Positions 34,801-49,063 of a DNA stretch of 64,000 bases are shown in pieces. The DNA lies in assembly GCA_051294375.1 (NCBI GenBank), contig CM119268.1, positions 14,648,977 through 14,712,976 on the forward strand, written 5' to 3'. Below the pieces are notes generated by a model. That model had not been told where the DNA came from. It saw only the letters and a program-made list of their open reading frames with translations, and made no database searches. A program made the position numbers and the translations under genes. The first letter of the stretch is position 1. Every line of letters starts with the position of its first letter. The DNA comes from Paraspadella gotoi. Its lineage: Eukaryota; Animalia; Chaetognatha.

Positions 34801-37070
34801 CTCGGCCGAGAAAGCGTGACGTTTCCGGCGCCGTAGACGAAAACGACGACGAACGACGACAATGACGACAACGAGGACGAAGCCCTTGTCAACTTTTTTT
34901 TTTCTAATCGTCTTCTTCTTCTTCTTCTTTTTCTTTCGTCGATTTCGATTTTTTTTGTCTCAAGTCGAGTTTTCTCCTGAAATAATTTCACTCATTTTCC
35001 CTTTTTTTTCTTTTTTTTTTCTCTTCTTTTACTTTTTGCTTTTTCTTATTGCAAAGTTTTTCAAAACAAAATTTTATTCTTCATTATTTTTTTTTCTTCT
35101 TATTTTCATTTGATTTTTTTTTATCTTCTTTCTTCTTTTCTTTTTCTTCCTCCTTTTACCTTTTTTCTCCTCTTTCCTTTCCTCCACTTCTCGCCTCCTT
35201 TCGCCTTTATCGCCGCCATTCATTTTTTTCTCTTCTACTTTTTTCCTTTTTTTATCCAAGACTTTGATTGTGTCTTCATTTAAAGACTGAGTTGAAGAAC
35301 TTCTTTCTCGAAAATCGCTTTTTAATAAAAATTGATTTAAATCCAACTTTTTTTCGCCCGTTTGTTTATGAAATTTCTTTTTTTTCTTTCTTCTAAATAT
35401 TTTTCCTTTTTTTTCAGTTCTGCCTTTTCTATCACCTTCTTATTCACCCTCATCCTTTCCTTTTTGCCCCCTTCAATCTTTGACCTCTTATCTCTCTTCT
35501 GTCCCCTTCGTNNNNNNNNNNNNNNNNNNNNNNNNNNNNNNNNNNNNNNNNNNNNNNNNNNNNNNNNNNNNNNNNNNNNNNNNNNNNNNNNNNNNNNNNN
35601 NNNNNNNNNNNNNNNNNNNNNNNNNNNNNNNNNNNNNNNNNNNNNNNNNNNNNNNNNNNCCTCTTTCCCTCGCCCTGCCATCCTCGCTCCTCCCGCCCGC
35701 CCTTGATTAACGTTCATCACCTTTTTAGACTCTCCCTTTTTTTTTATCATTTATCATATTAAAATAATTTATTATTCTAAATAATTATTTACATATATTC
35801 TTGATTTTAATTACCCTAAATATATTCTCATCATTCTGATCTACCTCTCCTCTTCTGAACGATTAATCTCGGTCTCTAATTGTGTTATCATTAATCTGCC
35901 TCGAAAATCCGATTCACCATCAGTCACTTATCAATTCTGCGTTCTCCGATCTTCCCAGTCACTCGTCATCTCAGCCATCGTCTCACTCAATCACCCCTCA
36001 GCCTCCCTACCTTTCTCATTGTCGCCAATGACTTTCCCAATTCTCTCCCAAGAGAAAAAACACTCACTTCTCGAGTCGAAACTCGTTCGACTCCATTTTT
36101 ACCGACTCTCCGCAATTTTTTTTTCGTTTTCCAAACTTTTCTCAAGTTTCTCGATCTTTCGATCTCTCGATCCCAGTGCATCTCTCTTAGTCTCAATATA
36201 CTTTATTCTATGCTATGTTTTCTTATTTTCTTACTTTTTCCCTTCGAAGTCTCTCAACCTTTCCATCTCCCATCGTCCCTCACCGACCATTCCAGAAAAT
36301 ATCGTTATTTTTCGTCTTTCGTCTTTCGATCTTTGTTCACTTTCGTTCTACCTTTCTTTTCTTTTCTTTTTTCCACCTTTCTGTCATTCTCTATTCTCAA
36401 TTTCGATTTTCCTTTTCGCTACCTATCTCTCTATCTTTCCCTTTCTTTCTAGAACCCTTTTTCCTCTCTCTCCTCCCCCCACCTCCCTCTCTCCCTCATC
36501 CGCTTCCCCTTCTTCTTTNNNNNNNNNNNNNNNNNNNNNNNNNNNNNNNNNNNNNNNNNNNNNNNNNNNNNNNNNNNNNNNNNNNNNNNNNNNNNNNNNN
36601 NNNNNNNNNNNNNNNNNNNNNNNNNNNNNNNNNNNNNNNNNNNNNNNNNNNNNNNNNNNNNNNNNNNNNNNNNNNNNNNNNNNNNNNNNNNNNNNNNNNN
36701 NNNNNNNNNNNNNNNNNNNNNNNNNNNNNNNNNNNNNNNNNNNNNNNNNNNNNTCGGCCGTCGCCGTCCGACTCGTCGTCGCTGTGGTCGTCGTCGATTA
36801 CGTCACCGTCGCCTCGAGTCTTCAGGCCGCCTTTTTTCCCTTCCTTCATTTCTATCTCTCTCTCTCTCTTTCGTTTTTCGCTCTCGCACTCTCTCTCTCT
36901 GTCTCTCTCTCTCTCTTTCTCCTATTTTCTCTCGCACTCTTTTTCTCCGGATCTCTCGGCGCCGCGCGGGGAGAGAAGAAATAAAAAAAAGGAGAGAAAT
37001 ATAAAAAAATCTGTTGGGATCTGGTTTTTTTTGGGGGAATACAAAAAAAATAGATTTTTTATAAATATTT

Positions 37071-37142
<72 letters not shown>

Positions 37143-37950
37143 TAAAATTCTCTTACTATAATTCCTTTTTTGTAAAAAAAATTATAATTAACATTTTTAA
37201 AGATTTTCTTCTCCTTTCTTTTTTTTTTATTCTCCTCTCTTCTTTCCCTCTCTTTCATTTTCTTTCTCTCTCGCTCTCTCTCCATCTCTATAAAGTTTTG
37301 TTTACCATCATAAATGCATTATNNNNNNNNNNNNNNNNNNNNNNNNNNNNNNNNNNNNNNNNNNNNNNNNNNNNNNNNNNNNNNNNNNNNNNNNNNNNNN
37401 NNNNNNNNNNNNNNNNNNNNNNNNNNNNNNNNNNNNNNNNNNNNNNNNNNNNNNNNNNNNNNNNNNNNNNNNNNNNNNNNNNNNNNNNNNNNNNNNNNNN
37501 NNNNNNNNNNNNNNNNNNNNNNNNNNNNNNNNNNNNNNNNNNNNNNNNNNNNNNNNNNNNNNNNNNNNNNNNNNNNNNNNNNNNNNNNNNNNNNCCCAGG
37601 AAAACTTTTTACTTCTTCTTCGCGACGTCGCTTCCTCTTCTTGGTTCATCGACACCGAGAGAGAGAAAGAAAGAGAAAGAAAAAAAAACCGTGAAAAAAA
37701 AAGAAAATAAAAAATCCGGAAAATAAATAAGATAAAAATACTAAAACAAAAAAAAAAGCAAAATTCGTCGCGAGAGACGAAAAAACGTTCGAGCTATTAT
37801 ATTTCTCCTTCCCCTCTGTTTTGTTTCGAGGGCGGGAAAAGAAACAAAATAAAAAATAAAACCGAAACAGGCCCGAACGTCGCCCGAAACAAAATCTAAA
37901 AAGAAAAAAAAAAAGATTTCGTCAAAAAAAAAGCATCGAATTGTTTTGAT

Positions 37951-37991
<41 letters not shown>
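37951..37991. repeat. (TCG)n trinucleotide microsatellite
   Basis: Perfect run; related (CGA/TCG)n tracts recur from 33200 to 63800. Confidence 0.9.
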
Positions 37992-38407
37992 TGTGTTGAG
38001 TCGAGTCACCGACCCTCGAATTTCGTCTCATCTTACGGATTATTTTTCACAGAATTTCGCCTCAAAGAAAAAATATATATTTAAAAAAAAAGGAAAATAA
38101 ATTCAGCAAAAGTTCGACGATACAAAAAAAAAATTAAGAGCTTGTCAAAAGTATTCCGAAAGTAAATCGAATAAACCAAAGAAATTAATGTCCACAACAA
38201 AAATATTACATATTAAAACATCCATATGCAAATAATTATATAATTATATTATAATATAAATATACATGAATCTCGGTTCTTCGTTTTCTTTATTTTCCCC
38301 GAATCTAATGTTAAGATCCTCATCGTCATCATTCTCGTCTTCGTCGTCGGCGTAAAAAAAAAAAAGTTATCGTCGGTGATTTATGTGAATCGCGATCTTT
38401 TCTCTCA

Positions 38408-38439
<32 letters not shown>

Positions 38440-38953
38440 TGAACGCTCCGGCGGCGCCGCTTATTTTATTCACGCTCACTCGCAAAAACACAAAAACAAA
38501 AGAGAGAGAAATCGACGGAGAAAAATAAGGCGTCGAGGGGAAGAAAAAAAAAAGCGAAACACCGACGGGGAAAAAATAAAAACGGATTCGAGGAAAAAAA
38601 AAGGGAAAGGGAGAAAAAAAATAGTCCCGCCAAAAGTCACTCTGTGGTTTTTTTCTTTCTTTTTTAAAAAATATATATATTATATATCTGTGTTGTCTCT
38701 TTTCTTAGAATAAATGTAAAAAAAACGGACAGAAACAAGAGGATCGACGAGAGGGAAACGGTCAGAAAATAAAACTTAAAAAAAAAATAAAGAAAAACAA
38801 AAGAACCCACGTACGACGATGTAATAACATTTCATCAACAACAAAAAATAATCAACAAAGACAAAATAAACTTGAAAAAAAAAACCCCAAAGAAATCCGA
38901 CTCTGGCCCGAGATTCGGACTCTGGGCACCGGAACCCAAATAAGGAGTCTGCT

Positions 38954-39113
38954 ATGTACGCATCGGCGATGATAGAAAACCTAATTCGCAACATGGGTCT
39001 CTACGAGGAATATCTGCAGCCAATCTGCAAGGACGGCGACGTCTTGCTGGAGGTGGAGTGCGGCGAGAACAAGGGCCTCCTCTATCTTTCAAAACTCTGC
39101 CAAGGATCCAAAG
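38954..39113 (+). CDS. SAMD11: SAMD11-like exon 1 (SAND start)
   Basis: MYASAMIENLIRNMGLYEEYLQPICKDGDVLLEVECGENKGLLYLSKLCQGSK-G|gtaagt. Confidence 0.9.
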
Positions 39114-39439
39114 GTAAGTTCGTTTCGGATTCTTTTAGATTGGTGAGTTCTCCGCAGTTCTATTTTAGTTGCATTTTTCATTGATTCCTTCGTGAGATCA
39201 TTCGTTCTTTCTTTCCTTCACTCGTTCGTTCATTCATTCAGTTATTCAGTCATTCGTTCATTCATTCTTTCGCACGTTCTCTCATCATGTCATGTATACT
39301 TTCATCTTCTTATTCGTTTTTAATTCATTCATTTGTACGCTCATTTGAAATTATTATTAGATAAAACTTCTTCTTCGATCAATAATATTGATCGATCTCA
39401 AGGAAGCAGTTTTCGAGCGCTAGATCTACAACCGTAGAG

Positions 39440-39477
<38 letters not shown>

Positions 39478-42400
39478 CTTGGGAACACAATTTTCACTAT
39501 CATAAATTAACCAGATATTTACCAACCCATGTTTTTAAAAATGAGCTGCACGTCGTCCCTAAAAAACCGTCATGAGTATTTTTTTAAACTGAAAAAAAAA
39601 ACCGGATCAGTAAAAGCAGTACTACATGCTTGAAAAAAAAAAATACCCGTAACCAGGTAAAAGCATACTACGTACTTTCAAGCTTTTCTTGTTGATTTTC
39701 GACCAGATTCTGATCGTCTCTTTGTACATGATTAAATTTTTCGTATGTTTAGATAATTTACAGTGGTCACCTTTTTTTTGTCCATGTCTATATGCGAACC
39801 CTTTTTGACAAAGTAAAACATAGAAGAAGGCCGCTGGGTGGCAGGGCAGTAGGGTAGAGCTCAATCTCTCAGAAAAATTCTTAACAAAAGTGCGTTTGAA
39901 CTTGAAGATAGCAAGACGGTGTCCTGATTTACTATCTTTGGTTATAAGTAAATTAAATACAAGCTTGTTCGTACAATTTATGGTCCACCTTTTTCTCCAG
40001 TCAAACATTATTACGAATTATTGGAAAAATTAAGTGAAGGTTTTAATTCGAAGCTACGAGAGGGTAACATCATTTTGAGTTTTTCTAAAAATAGTACGAG
40101 GAGAAACAAAGCTTTCAAGTATAAATGTAAAACATTTTCTTTCGCGAAATTAAACAAATAAAAATTCTTTAAAATGAAATCACAAAAAAAAACGAGAAAA
40201 TCAAAAAAAGAATAAAGATCGTGAAAAAGAAAGAAGATCGAAACTAAAGAAAAAAAATAGAAAGAAGAAAAAAAGAAAGAAGAAGAAAGAAAGAAAGAAG
40301 AAAAAAGATTAAGAAAAGGAAAGAAAGAAAGAAAGAAAGAAAGAAAAGAACCAAGAAAGGAACGCAAGTAAGAAGAAAGAAAAAAAAAAGAAAATAAAAA
40401 GAAAGTAAGAAAAAAGAAAAGGAAAAAGAAAAAGACAAACCCGATAAGCGGCCTACATTTCTCTTTTAAAGTAATCCCGCCTCCGTCGTCGTTGGCGAAG
40501 ATTCACGATCGAGACTCAAAAAACTTTTTATCTTATCCTTTTTCGAGCATTTCATGAAAAGAAAAAAAGGGGAAAAAAAGGAAAGAAAAAAAAGGAAGCT
40601 TAACCACCTGCAAAAATCTTCGATCCAAATCCCAGTCCCTGGGGATAAAATCTCTTTTTTTTTACCCCAAAAGCGTTGGAAGCGATCGATCCTCAGGTTC
40701 CTCCTCCAGATCACATTTTTAAATCTCTCAGGAGGATTATTCTTTTTTTATTTTATTAAATTAGTTTTAGAAACGAAGAGAATCACAGGATTGGACATTG
40801 ATACGGTATCAAGTGGGAACCGGTCACTTAGCCAGTAACTATAGATATATACAACAACCTTCTTTCGGAACCCTTCTACTGATCTTTTCTTTGGAAACTC
40901 AGGCTTTTGTTTATTGTTGGCTTTTTGTCTCGTTGACGTAAATGATGAAAATGTCTTTGCTAAATCCAAAAAATATATATTTAATTATTATATAATTTAT
41001 TCAATATTTTATGTATTATAAGGGAGTGGTCTTTTCATACCATTGAAACATTCTTTGAAATATTTTCCAATTCAATTGATTGGGAAAGCCAGGCTACTCT
41101 GGGAGTGAATAAACGAGACTGTGAGAGAGTCTTGATTGAAAGCTTGCGGGACCTGACTATGTTCTTATCGTAAGGAGTGAATGGAGGCCTTAAACCACCA
41201 AAGCCTGTCCAAAAGTCGGGCAAATAGCTATTATTAAATGAATCAGATTAATTTTTATATTGGTTGTACCAATTTCATTAATATTTGTGTGAAGAACTTA
41301 TTTTGGTAACATCTTAAATATATTATATATATACGTAAAAAAATGAATAATAATAATTGTTGCGTATTTTTGCTCCCGACCCGAGATACATTTGCGTCCC
41401 AACGTAGTACCAAAAAAAAAAAAAAATACCCGAGACAGCATTAGTAGTACGAATGTCGTCTTACAAATATATCGTAATTCAATCTGAAAAAAGCTGTAAA
41501 GCAAAACAATGGAGCCTCGCCCGCGACCATCCTCTTCGAAGCTTCCTTTTAAAAAAAGGAAAAGTTGGCGAGTCTAAATTCGAAAATTAAGTTCACACGG
41601 ACTTAGACTCCCGGCTTCTATTCTAATTAAGAAGGTCACCATATCATATTAAATAGATAAAAAGAGTACCACCTCCGACGAAGTCTCGATATTGGCGAAA
41701 ATCGAGAAAGAGAGGAAGAAAAGAAAATGTTGAGAGTTTGGAAAAGAGTGACGTCAGTGGGATTCCGCTTTTTAATCCCGAAAGCATTGAGTCCAGTCAC
41801 ATCGGGAGGCGGGCGAAGCGAAAAGGCGAAACTGGGACGAGAGAGGGAAGAGAGAAAAAGAAAAAAGAAAGAAAGAGAAGAAAGTCTTTTTTTTTCTTTT
41901 ATCTTTTTTAGAACTCGATAATCGATGTATTAATCTTTTTTCTTTTTAGGCCGGTCAAGACGAGTCGATCGGTCATTAGTCTTCAATCGTAACACTGTGA
42001 CTATTTTTGGGATTGGTTAGTAGTACCTATGTGTGATGTCTTTTAATAAACCACAAAGTTTTAACGAAATTAACGGTCGGACAGACGGTAGCAGTTACAG
42101 TACGGATGTACGGACTCGTAAAGGGACGGACGGAGGAAGGGTCATGATGGGAAGATCGGTCACGTTGTCGGGCAAATCCGACGCGGCGAAGATTTGGATC
42201 CGACGCCCATGCTGCACGTGAATCGGAGTTGAGTGAGAAGTCGGTCCTTCATTGCCATTGGAAAATAGAAGAAATTAACCGGCAATTGTGTCTTAAATTT
42301 ATAATTAGATTATTCTATGTTAGAGAAATTACTAAATATTTTGACTTAAAATCTAGAAAATTAAGAAAGAAATCTAGAGAATTAAGAAACGATTAATTTG

Positions 42401-43184
42401 TATTTTTCTTTTAACTTTGCAACTGTAGAGTTGAAATTTGTATCATAAAGTTTTGCAAACAACAATTTGAAATTTATTTACAATAGTACATACACCATAC
42501 AAAACCAATCATATCGAATACATTTTAATTGCTTTAATTTTATTTTTTTACTTCGAGTTCTTCTGTTTTTTAAAATTTATTGACGAGATCTCAGTTTAAA
42601 AAAAATATCCTACTCCTTCGCAACGTGAAATAACGTGAGTCTCAACATTCGCGGCCCGACATGAATTTCTGCGGCGGACGAAGGACGACGGACGATGCAG
42701 ACGACGGACGATTGATGACGATTGACGGACGACGAGTTCTCTCTCCGCCTCCTCAAAGAATCGGCCGGCTTAAAACGACGTCGCCAGCGACGAAGAGAAC
42801 GGGACGAAGAAGAACGCGACGCGACGGACGACGACGGAGACGTCAAGAGAGCGACGATTGAGAAAAACTAAACGCGAGGACGACGACGACAGCGACGATG
42901 AGAGAAGAAACGAGAAAGACTCGGAGGACCGGCCCGCGCGACGACGACGGGAACGACGACAACGACGACGAGGCAAAAAACGACGCCGCGAACGACGACG
43001 GCGACAGACGAGACGAACGACGAAGGCGACGATCGGTCGATTTTCGAAACGACGAAGAGAAAATATGAAGGCAGGAAAGAATGAACGGAAAAAATGAAAG
43101 GAAATTAAAACAAAAAAGGCATCGACGAAAATCGTTTCTTCTTTTCGCTTTATATTCGGACGAGGAAAAGAGAGGTCTCTCTTC

Positions 43185-43264
<80 letters not shown>

Positions 43265-45025
43265 CTCTCTCCATCGATTTTTTTTTCGCTTTGATCGCAT
43301 CCCGACTTCCTCCTTCGACTTTTCGCTCCGGATCTGACTTCCTGCGTCGGGACCGAATCTTCCACCTTCGTTCTTCCTTTCAAATCCTCCTTTCACTCAT
43401 CATTATAAACCCCAAATTTTTCTCTTAACTTCATTATTTTCTATAGTCTTCATTATTTGGTTTTCTAGTTTTTTTCCATCAGAATTACGATTTCTAGGAC
43501 ACGCTTCTATTCAGTCTCTCTTCTATTTCCTTCTGTTCAATCATTCCCTGCGGCGTCGATTTTAACCTTACCTGCTCTGAGTTTTCTTTGATCCGTCAAT
43601 CGATCAATCAATCAATAAAAAAATTAAATCAATTATTTCAATTTTTTTATCGAATATTCAGTTTAATCCAAGCAATTCGTTCAAACTATTTATAAATTAA
43701 CGTGAACGATCAAGCTACAAGCAAATCAAACAACCCAATCAATCGAACCAATCCATCAATCAATCGTTCTTTCCTCAACTTTTTTCCATTTTCTCTTTCT
43801 CCGTTCTCCATTCTCATTTCTTTTTTTCCTTTCCTCCCCCCCTCCCTCTCCTTCTTCTCCTACTCACCCATTCCCCCCTCCTCCTTCCCCCCCTTCGTTC
43901 TCTAGATGAGATGTGCTCTTTTCGCCTCGAAGTCACGTTCGGCGTCCGACTTGACGTCTTATCACCGCGCGACGACGACGACGACGACGACGACAACGAC
44001 GACGCTCAAAGACGACGACGTACATTGAAAGACGACGAGGGCTGAAGACGACGACAGCGAAAACGACGACGACGACGCCGAAAACGAAAGAGAGTTGACC
44101 CTTGTCCTAAGTTCCTCGGCCTATCTCGCGCGTCTCTTCTCTCTCTCTCTCTCTCTCTCCTCTCTCTTCTCTCTCTCTACTCTCTCTTCTCTCTCTGTTG
44201 TCTTGCGAGCTCGTACCGCTCCTCTGTGACATCTGCCCGTTAGGGCACCGTCAACTGCCATGCAAGTGGGAAGTGCCACGCCTCGGCCGAGAAAGCGTGA
44301 CGTTTCGGCCGCCGTAGACGAAAAACGACGACGAACGACGACAATGACGACAACGAGGACGAAGCCCTTGTCAACTTTTTTTTTCTAATCGTCTTCTGCT
44401 TCTTTCTTTCTGTCTTTTTCTTTTCTCGGATTCGATTTTTTTGTCTCAAGTCCGAGTTTCTCCTGAATAATTTCACTCATTTCCCTTTTTTTTCTTTTTT
44501 TTTCTCTCTTTTACTTTTGCTTTTTCTTATTGCAAAGTTTTTTCAAACAAAAATTTTATTCTTCATTATTTTTGTCTTCTTATTTTCATTGAATTTTTTT
44601 ATTTCTTTCTTCTTTCTTTCTTCCTCCTTTTACTTTTTTTCTCCTCTTCCTTTCCTCCACTTCTCGCCTCCTTTCGCCTTTATCGCCGCCATTCATTTTT
44701 TTCTCTTCTACTTTTTTCCTTTTTTATCCAAGACTTTGATTGTTGTCTTCATTTAAAGACTGAGTTGGAAGAAACTTCTTTTCTCGAAATCGCTTTTAAT
44801 AAAAATTGAATTTAAATCCAACTTTTTTTTCGCCCGTTTGTTTAAATGAAAATTTTCTTTTTTTCTTTCTTCTAAATATTTTTCCTTTTTTTCAAGTTCT
44901 GCCTTTCTATACCTTCTTATTTACCCTCATCTTTCCTTTTTGCCCCCCTTCAATCTTTGACCTCTTATCTCTCTTCTGCTCCCCCTTCCGTGGTTCTACT
45001 TTCTCTCTCTCTCTCACTCTCTCTC

Positions 45026-45092
<67 letters not shown>

Positions 45093-46950
45093 CTCTCTCT
45101 GAAACACACACACCACACTTCCCTCCCCTCCAACACCCTCTTTCCCTTCGCCCTGCCATCCTTCGCTCCTCCCGCCCGCCCTTGAATTAACGTTATCACC
45201 TTTTTTTAGCTCTTCCCTTTTTTATCATTTATCATATTAAAATAATTTATTATTCTAAATAATTATTTACATTATATCTTGATTTTAATTACCTAAATAT
45301 TATTTTCTCATCATTCTGAATCTACCTCCCTCTTCTGAACGATTAATCTCGGTCTCTAATTGTTGTTATCATTAATCTGCCTCGAAAATGCGATTCACCA
45401 TCAGTCACTTTATCAATTCTGCGTTTCTCGATCTTCCCAGTCACTCGTCATCTCAGCCATCGTCTCACTCAATACCCCTCAGCCTCCCTACCTTTCTCAT
45501 TTCGCCAATGACTTTCCCAATTCTCTCCAAGAGAAAAACACTCACTTCTCGAGTCGAACTCCGTTCGACTCATTTTTACCGACGTCTCCGCAATTTTCTT
45601 TTTCGTTTTTCCAAACTTTTCTCAAGTTCTCGATCTTTTCGATCTCTCGAATTTTCCATGCATCTCTCTTAGTCTCAAAATACTTTTATTCTATGCTATG
45701 TTTCTTATTTTCTTTACTTTTTCCCTTCGAAGTCATCTCAACCTTCTCCATCTCTCCCATCGTTTTCCCTCACCGACCATTCCAGAAAATATCCGTTATT
45801 TTTCGTCTTTCGTCTTTCGATCTTTGTTCACTTTCGTTCTACCTTTCTTTCTTTTCTTTTTTCCACCTTTCTGTCATCTCTATTCTCAATTTTGATTTTC
45901 CTTTCGCTTACCTATCTCTCTATTCTTTCCCTTTCTTTTCTTAAACCCTTTTTCCTCTCTCATCCCCCCCCCCCACCTCCCTCTCTCCCTCATCCGCTTT
46001 CCCCTTCTTCTTCAGCCACCATTTTTCCCTTTTTCATTCCCTCATCGCCTCGCTCCTCCTCCTTCCTCTTCCTCCCCCCCTCCCTCTCTTCCCTCTCCCC
46101 CTTTTCCTCCCCCGCGCCTCGAGGCTTCTAATTCTTTCGGTCGCACGTCCTCCCGTCGTTCGCTCCCGCCGTACGTCGTCGTTTCGTCGTCGTTCTCGTT
46201 CGTCGTATCCGTCGTCGGGTTTTTGTTTCTTCATCGTCGCTTCGGCCGTTGCCGTCCGACTCGTTTTCGTCGCTGTGGTCGTCGTCGATTTAACGTCACC
46301 TGTCGCCTCGAGTCTTTGCAGGCCGCCCTTTTTTTGCCCTTCCTTCATTTCTATCTCTCTTCTCTCTCTTCTTTTTTTTCGCTCTCGCACTCTCTCTCTC
46401 TGTCTCCTCTCTCTCTTTCTCCTATTTTCTCTGCGCCACTCTTTTTTCTCCGGATCTCTCGGCGCCGCGCGGGGAGAGAAGAAATTAAAAAAAAGTAGGA
46501 GAATATAAGAAAAAATCTGTGTGGAATTTTTTCTGGGGGTTTTTTTTGTTTTTTTTTTTTTTTTGGGTTGGGGAATACAAAAAAAAAATAGATTTTTTAT
46601 AATATTTTCTTTCTTTCTTTCTTTCTCTTTCTTTCTTTCTTTCTTCTCTTTCTTTCTTCTTTAAAATTCTCTTACTATAATTCTTTTGTAAAAAAAAATT
46701 AATTAATTAACATTTTTAAAGCTAAAGATTTTCTTCTCCTTTCTTTTTTTTTTTATTCTCTCTCTTCTTTCCCTCTCTTTATTTTTTTCTCTCTCGCTCT
46801 CTCTCCCACTCATATAAAGTTATTTACCATCATAAATGCATTATGATCCAATTTCCGATCTTTTTTCTCACACCTCCTCAACCATAACAACCGAAACCGC
46901 GCTCCAGTCCATAGACTGTCTCCCCTTTTCTCTCTCTCTCTCTCTCTCTC

Positions 46951-46988
<38 letters not shown>

Positions 46989-49027
46989 CGGTCTCTCTCT
47001 CTCTCTCCTCTCTCTCTCTCCAACCACACACACCACACAACTGCCTTCCCCCCCAAAAAAACTCTCTCGTCTTGTTTTCCCCAGGAAAACTTTTTAACTT
47101 CTTCTTCGCGACCGTGCTTCCTCTTCTTTGGTTCATTCGACACCGAGAGAGAGAAAAGAAAGACTAAGGAAAGGAAAAACAAAAAAACCGTGTGAAAAAA
47201 AAAGGAAAATAAAAAATCCGGGAAAATAATAAGATAAAAATACTTAAACAAAAAAAAAGCAAAATTCGTCGCGAGAGACGAAAAAACGTTCGAGCTATTA
47301 TATTTCTCCTTCCCCTCTCGTTTTGTTTCGATGCGGAAAAGAAACAAAATAAAAAATAAAACCGAAACAGGCCCGAACGTCGCCGAAACAAAATCTAAAA
47401 AAAAAAAAAAAATTTCGTCAAAAAAAAAGCATCTCGGAATTGGTTTTGATTCCTCGTCCCGTTCCGTCGCCACGTCCGTCGTTTCGTCGTCGTCGTCGTC
47501 GTTCGCTTCCGTGCAGCCTGTGTTGAGTCGATGTTCACCGCCTCGGAATTTCGTCTCATCCTTACGGATTATTTTTCACAGCGAATTTCGCTCAAAGAAA
47601 AAATATATATTAAAAAAAAGGGAAAATTAAATTCAGAAAAAGTTTCGACGCAACAAAAAAAAAACTTAAGAGGGCTTGTCTAAAAAGTATTCCGAAAGTA
47701 AATCGAATAAACCAAAGAAAATTAATGTCCACCAAAAATATTACTTTAAAACATCCATAGCAAATAATTATATAATTTATTATAATATAAATATACATGA
47801 ATCTCGTGTTCTTCGTTTTCTTTATTTTCCCCGAATCTAATGTTAAGATCCTCATTCTCATCATTCTCGTCTTCGTCGTCGGCGTTAAAAAAAAAAAATT
47901 TTATTCGTCGCGTGATTTATGTGAAATCGCTTATCTTTTCTCTCACTGTCGTCGTCGTCGTCGTTCGTCGTCGTCTCGTCGTTTGAACGCTCCGGCGGCG
48001 CCGCTTTATTTATTCACTCTCACTCGCAAAAACAACAAAAACAAAAGAGAGAGAAATCGACGGAGAAAAATAAGGCGTTCGAGGGGAAGCAAAAAAAAAA
48101 GCGAAACACGACGGGGAAAATAAAAAACGATCGAGGAAAAAAAAAAGGAAAAGGGAGAAAAAAAATAGTCCCGCCAAAAGTCACTCTTGTGGTTTTTTTT
48201 CTTTCTTTTTAAAAAAATATATATTAATTATATATCTGTGTTGTCTCTTTTCTTAGAATAAATGTAAAAAAAACGGGACCAGAAACAGAGGATCGACGAG
48301 AGGGAAGACGGTCAGAAAAATAAAACTTAAAAAAAAAATAAGAAAAACAAAAGAACCCACGTACGACGACTGTAATAAAAATTTCATCAACAACAAAAAA
48401 TAATCAACAAGACAAAAAAACTTGAAAAAAAAACCCCAAAGAATCCGACTCTTTTGGCCGAGATTTCGGACTCTGGCACCGGAACCCAAATAAGGAGTCT
48501 GCTATGTACGCATCGGCGATGATAGATAACCCTAATTTCGCAACATGGTCTCTACGAGGAATATCTTGCAGCCAAAATCTGCAAACGGACGCGCACGTCT
48601 GCTGGAGGTGGAGTGCGGCGAGAACAAGGGCCTCTCTATCTTTTCAAAACTCTGCCAAAGGATTCCAAAGTAAGTTCGATTATCTGGGATTTCTTTTAGT
48701 GTGCGTGAGTTCTCCGCAGCAGTTCTATTTAGTTGCATTTTTCAATTGATTCCTTCGTGAGATCATTCGTTTCTTTCTTTTCCTTCACTCGTTCGTTCAT
48801 TCATTCAGTTATTCAGTCATCGTTCATTCATTCTTTCGCACGTTCTCTCATCATGTATGATATACTTTTTCATCTTCTTATTCGTTTTTAATTCAGTTCA
48901 TGTGTACGCTCATTTGAAATTATTATTAGAATTAAAAACTTCTTCTTCGATCAATAAATATGATCGATCTCAAGGGAAGCAGTTTCTGAGCGCTTAGATC
49001 TACACCGTAGGCGTCTTCCTTTCTTCT

Positions 49028-49063
<36 letters not shown>

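Larger units (their letters stand above)
30058..49060. repeat. About 9.4-kb tandem duplicate (30058-39470 vs about 39472-49060); likely assembly artefact
   Basis: Both copies begin catacttg(g)gaacacaattttcactatca and end in a (CT)n tract. Copy 2 is indel-rich and contains sequence that is N in copy 1. Confidence 0.9.
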
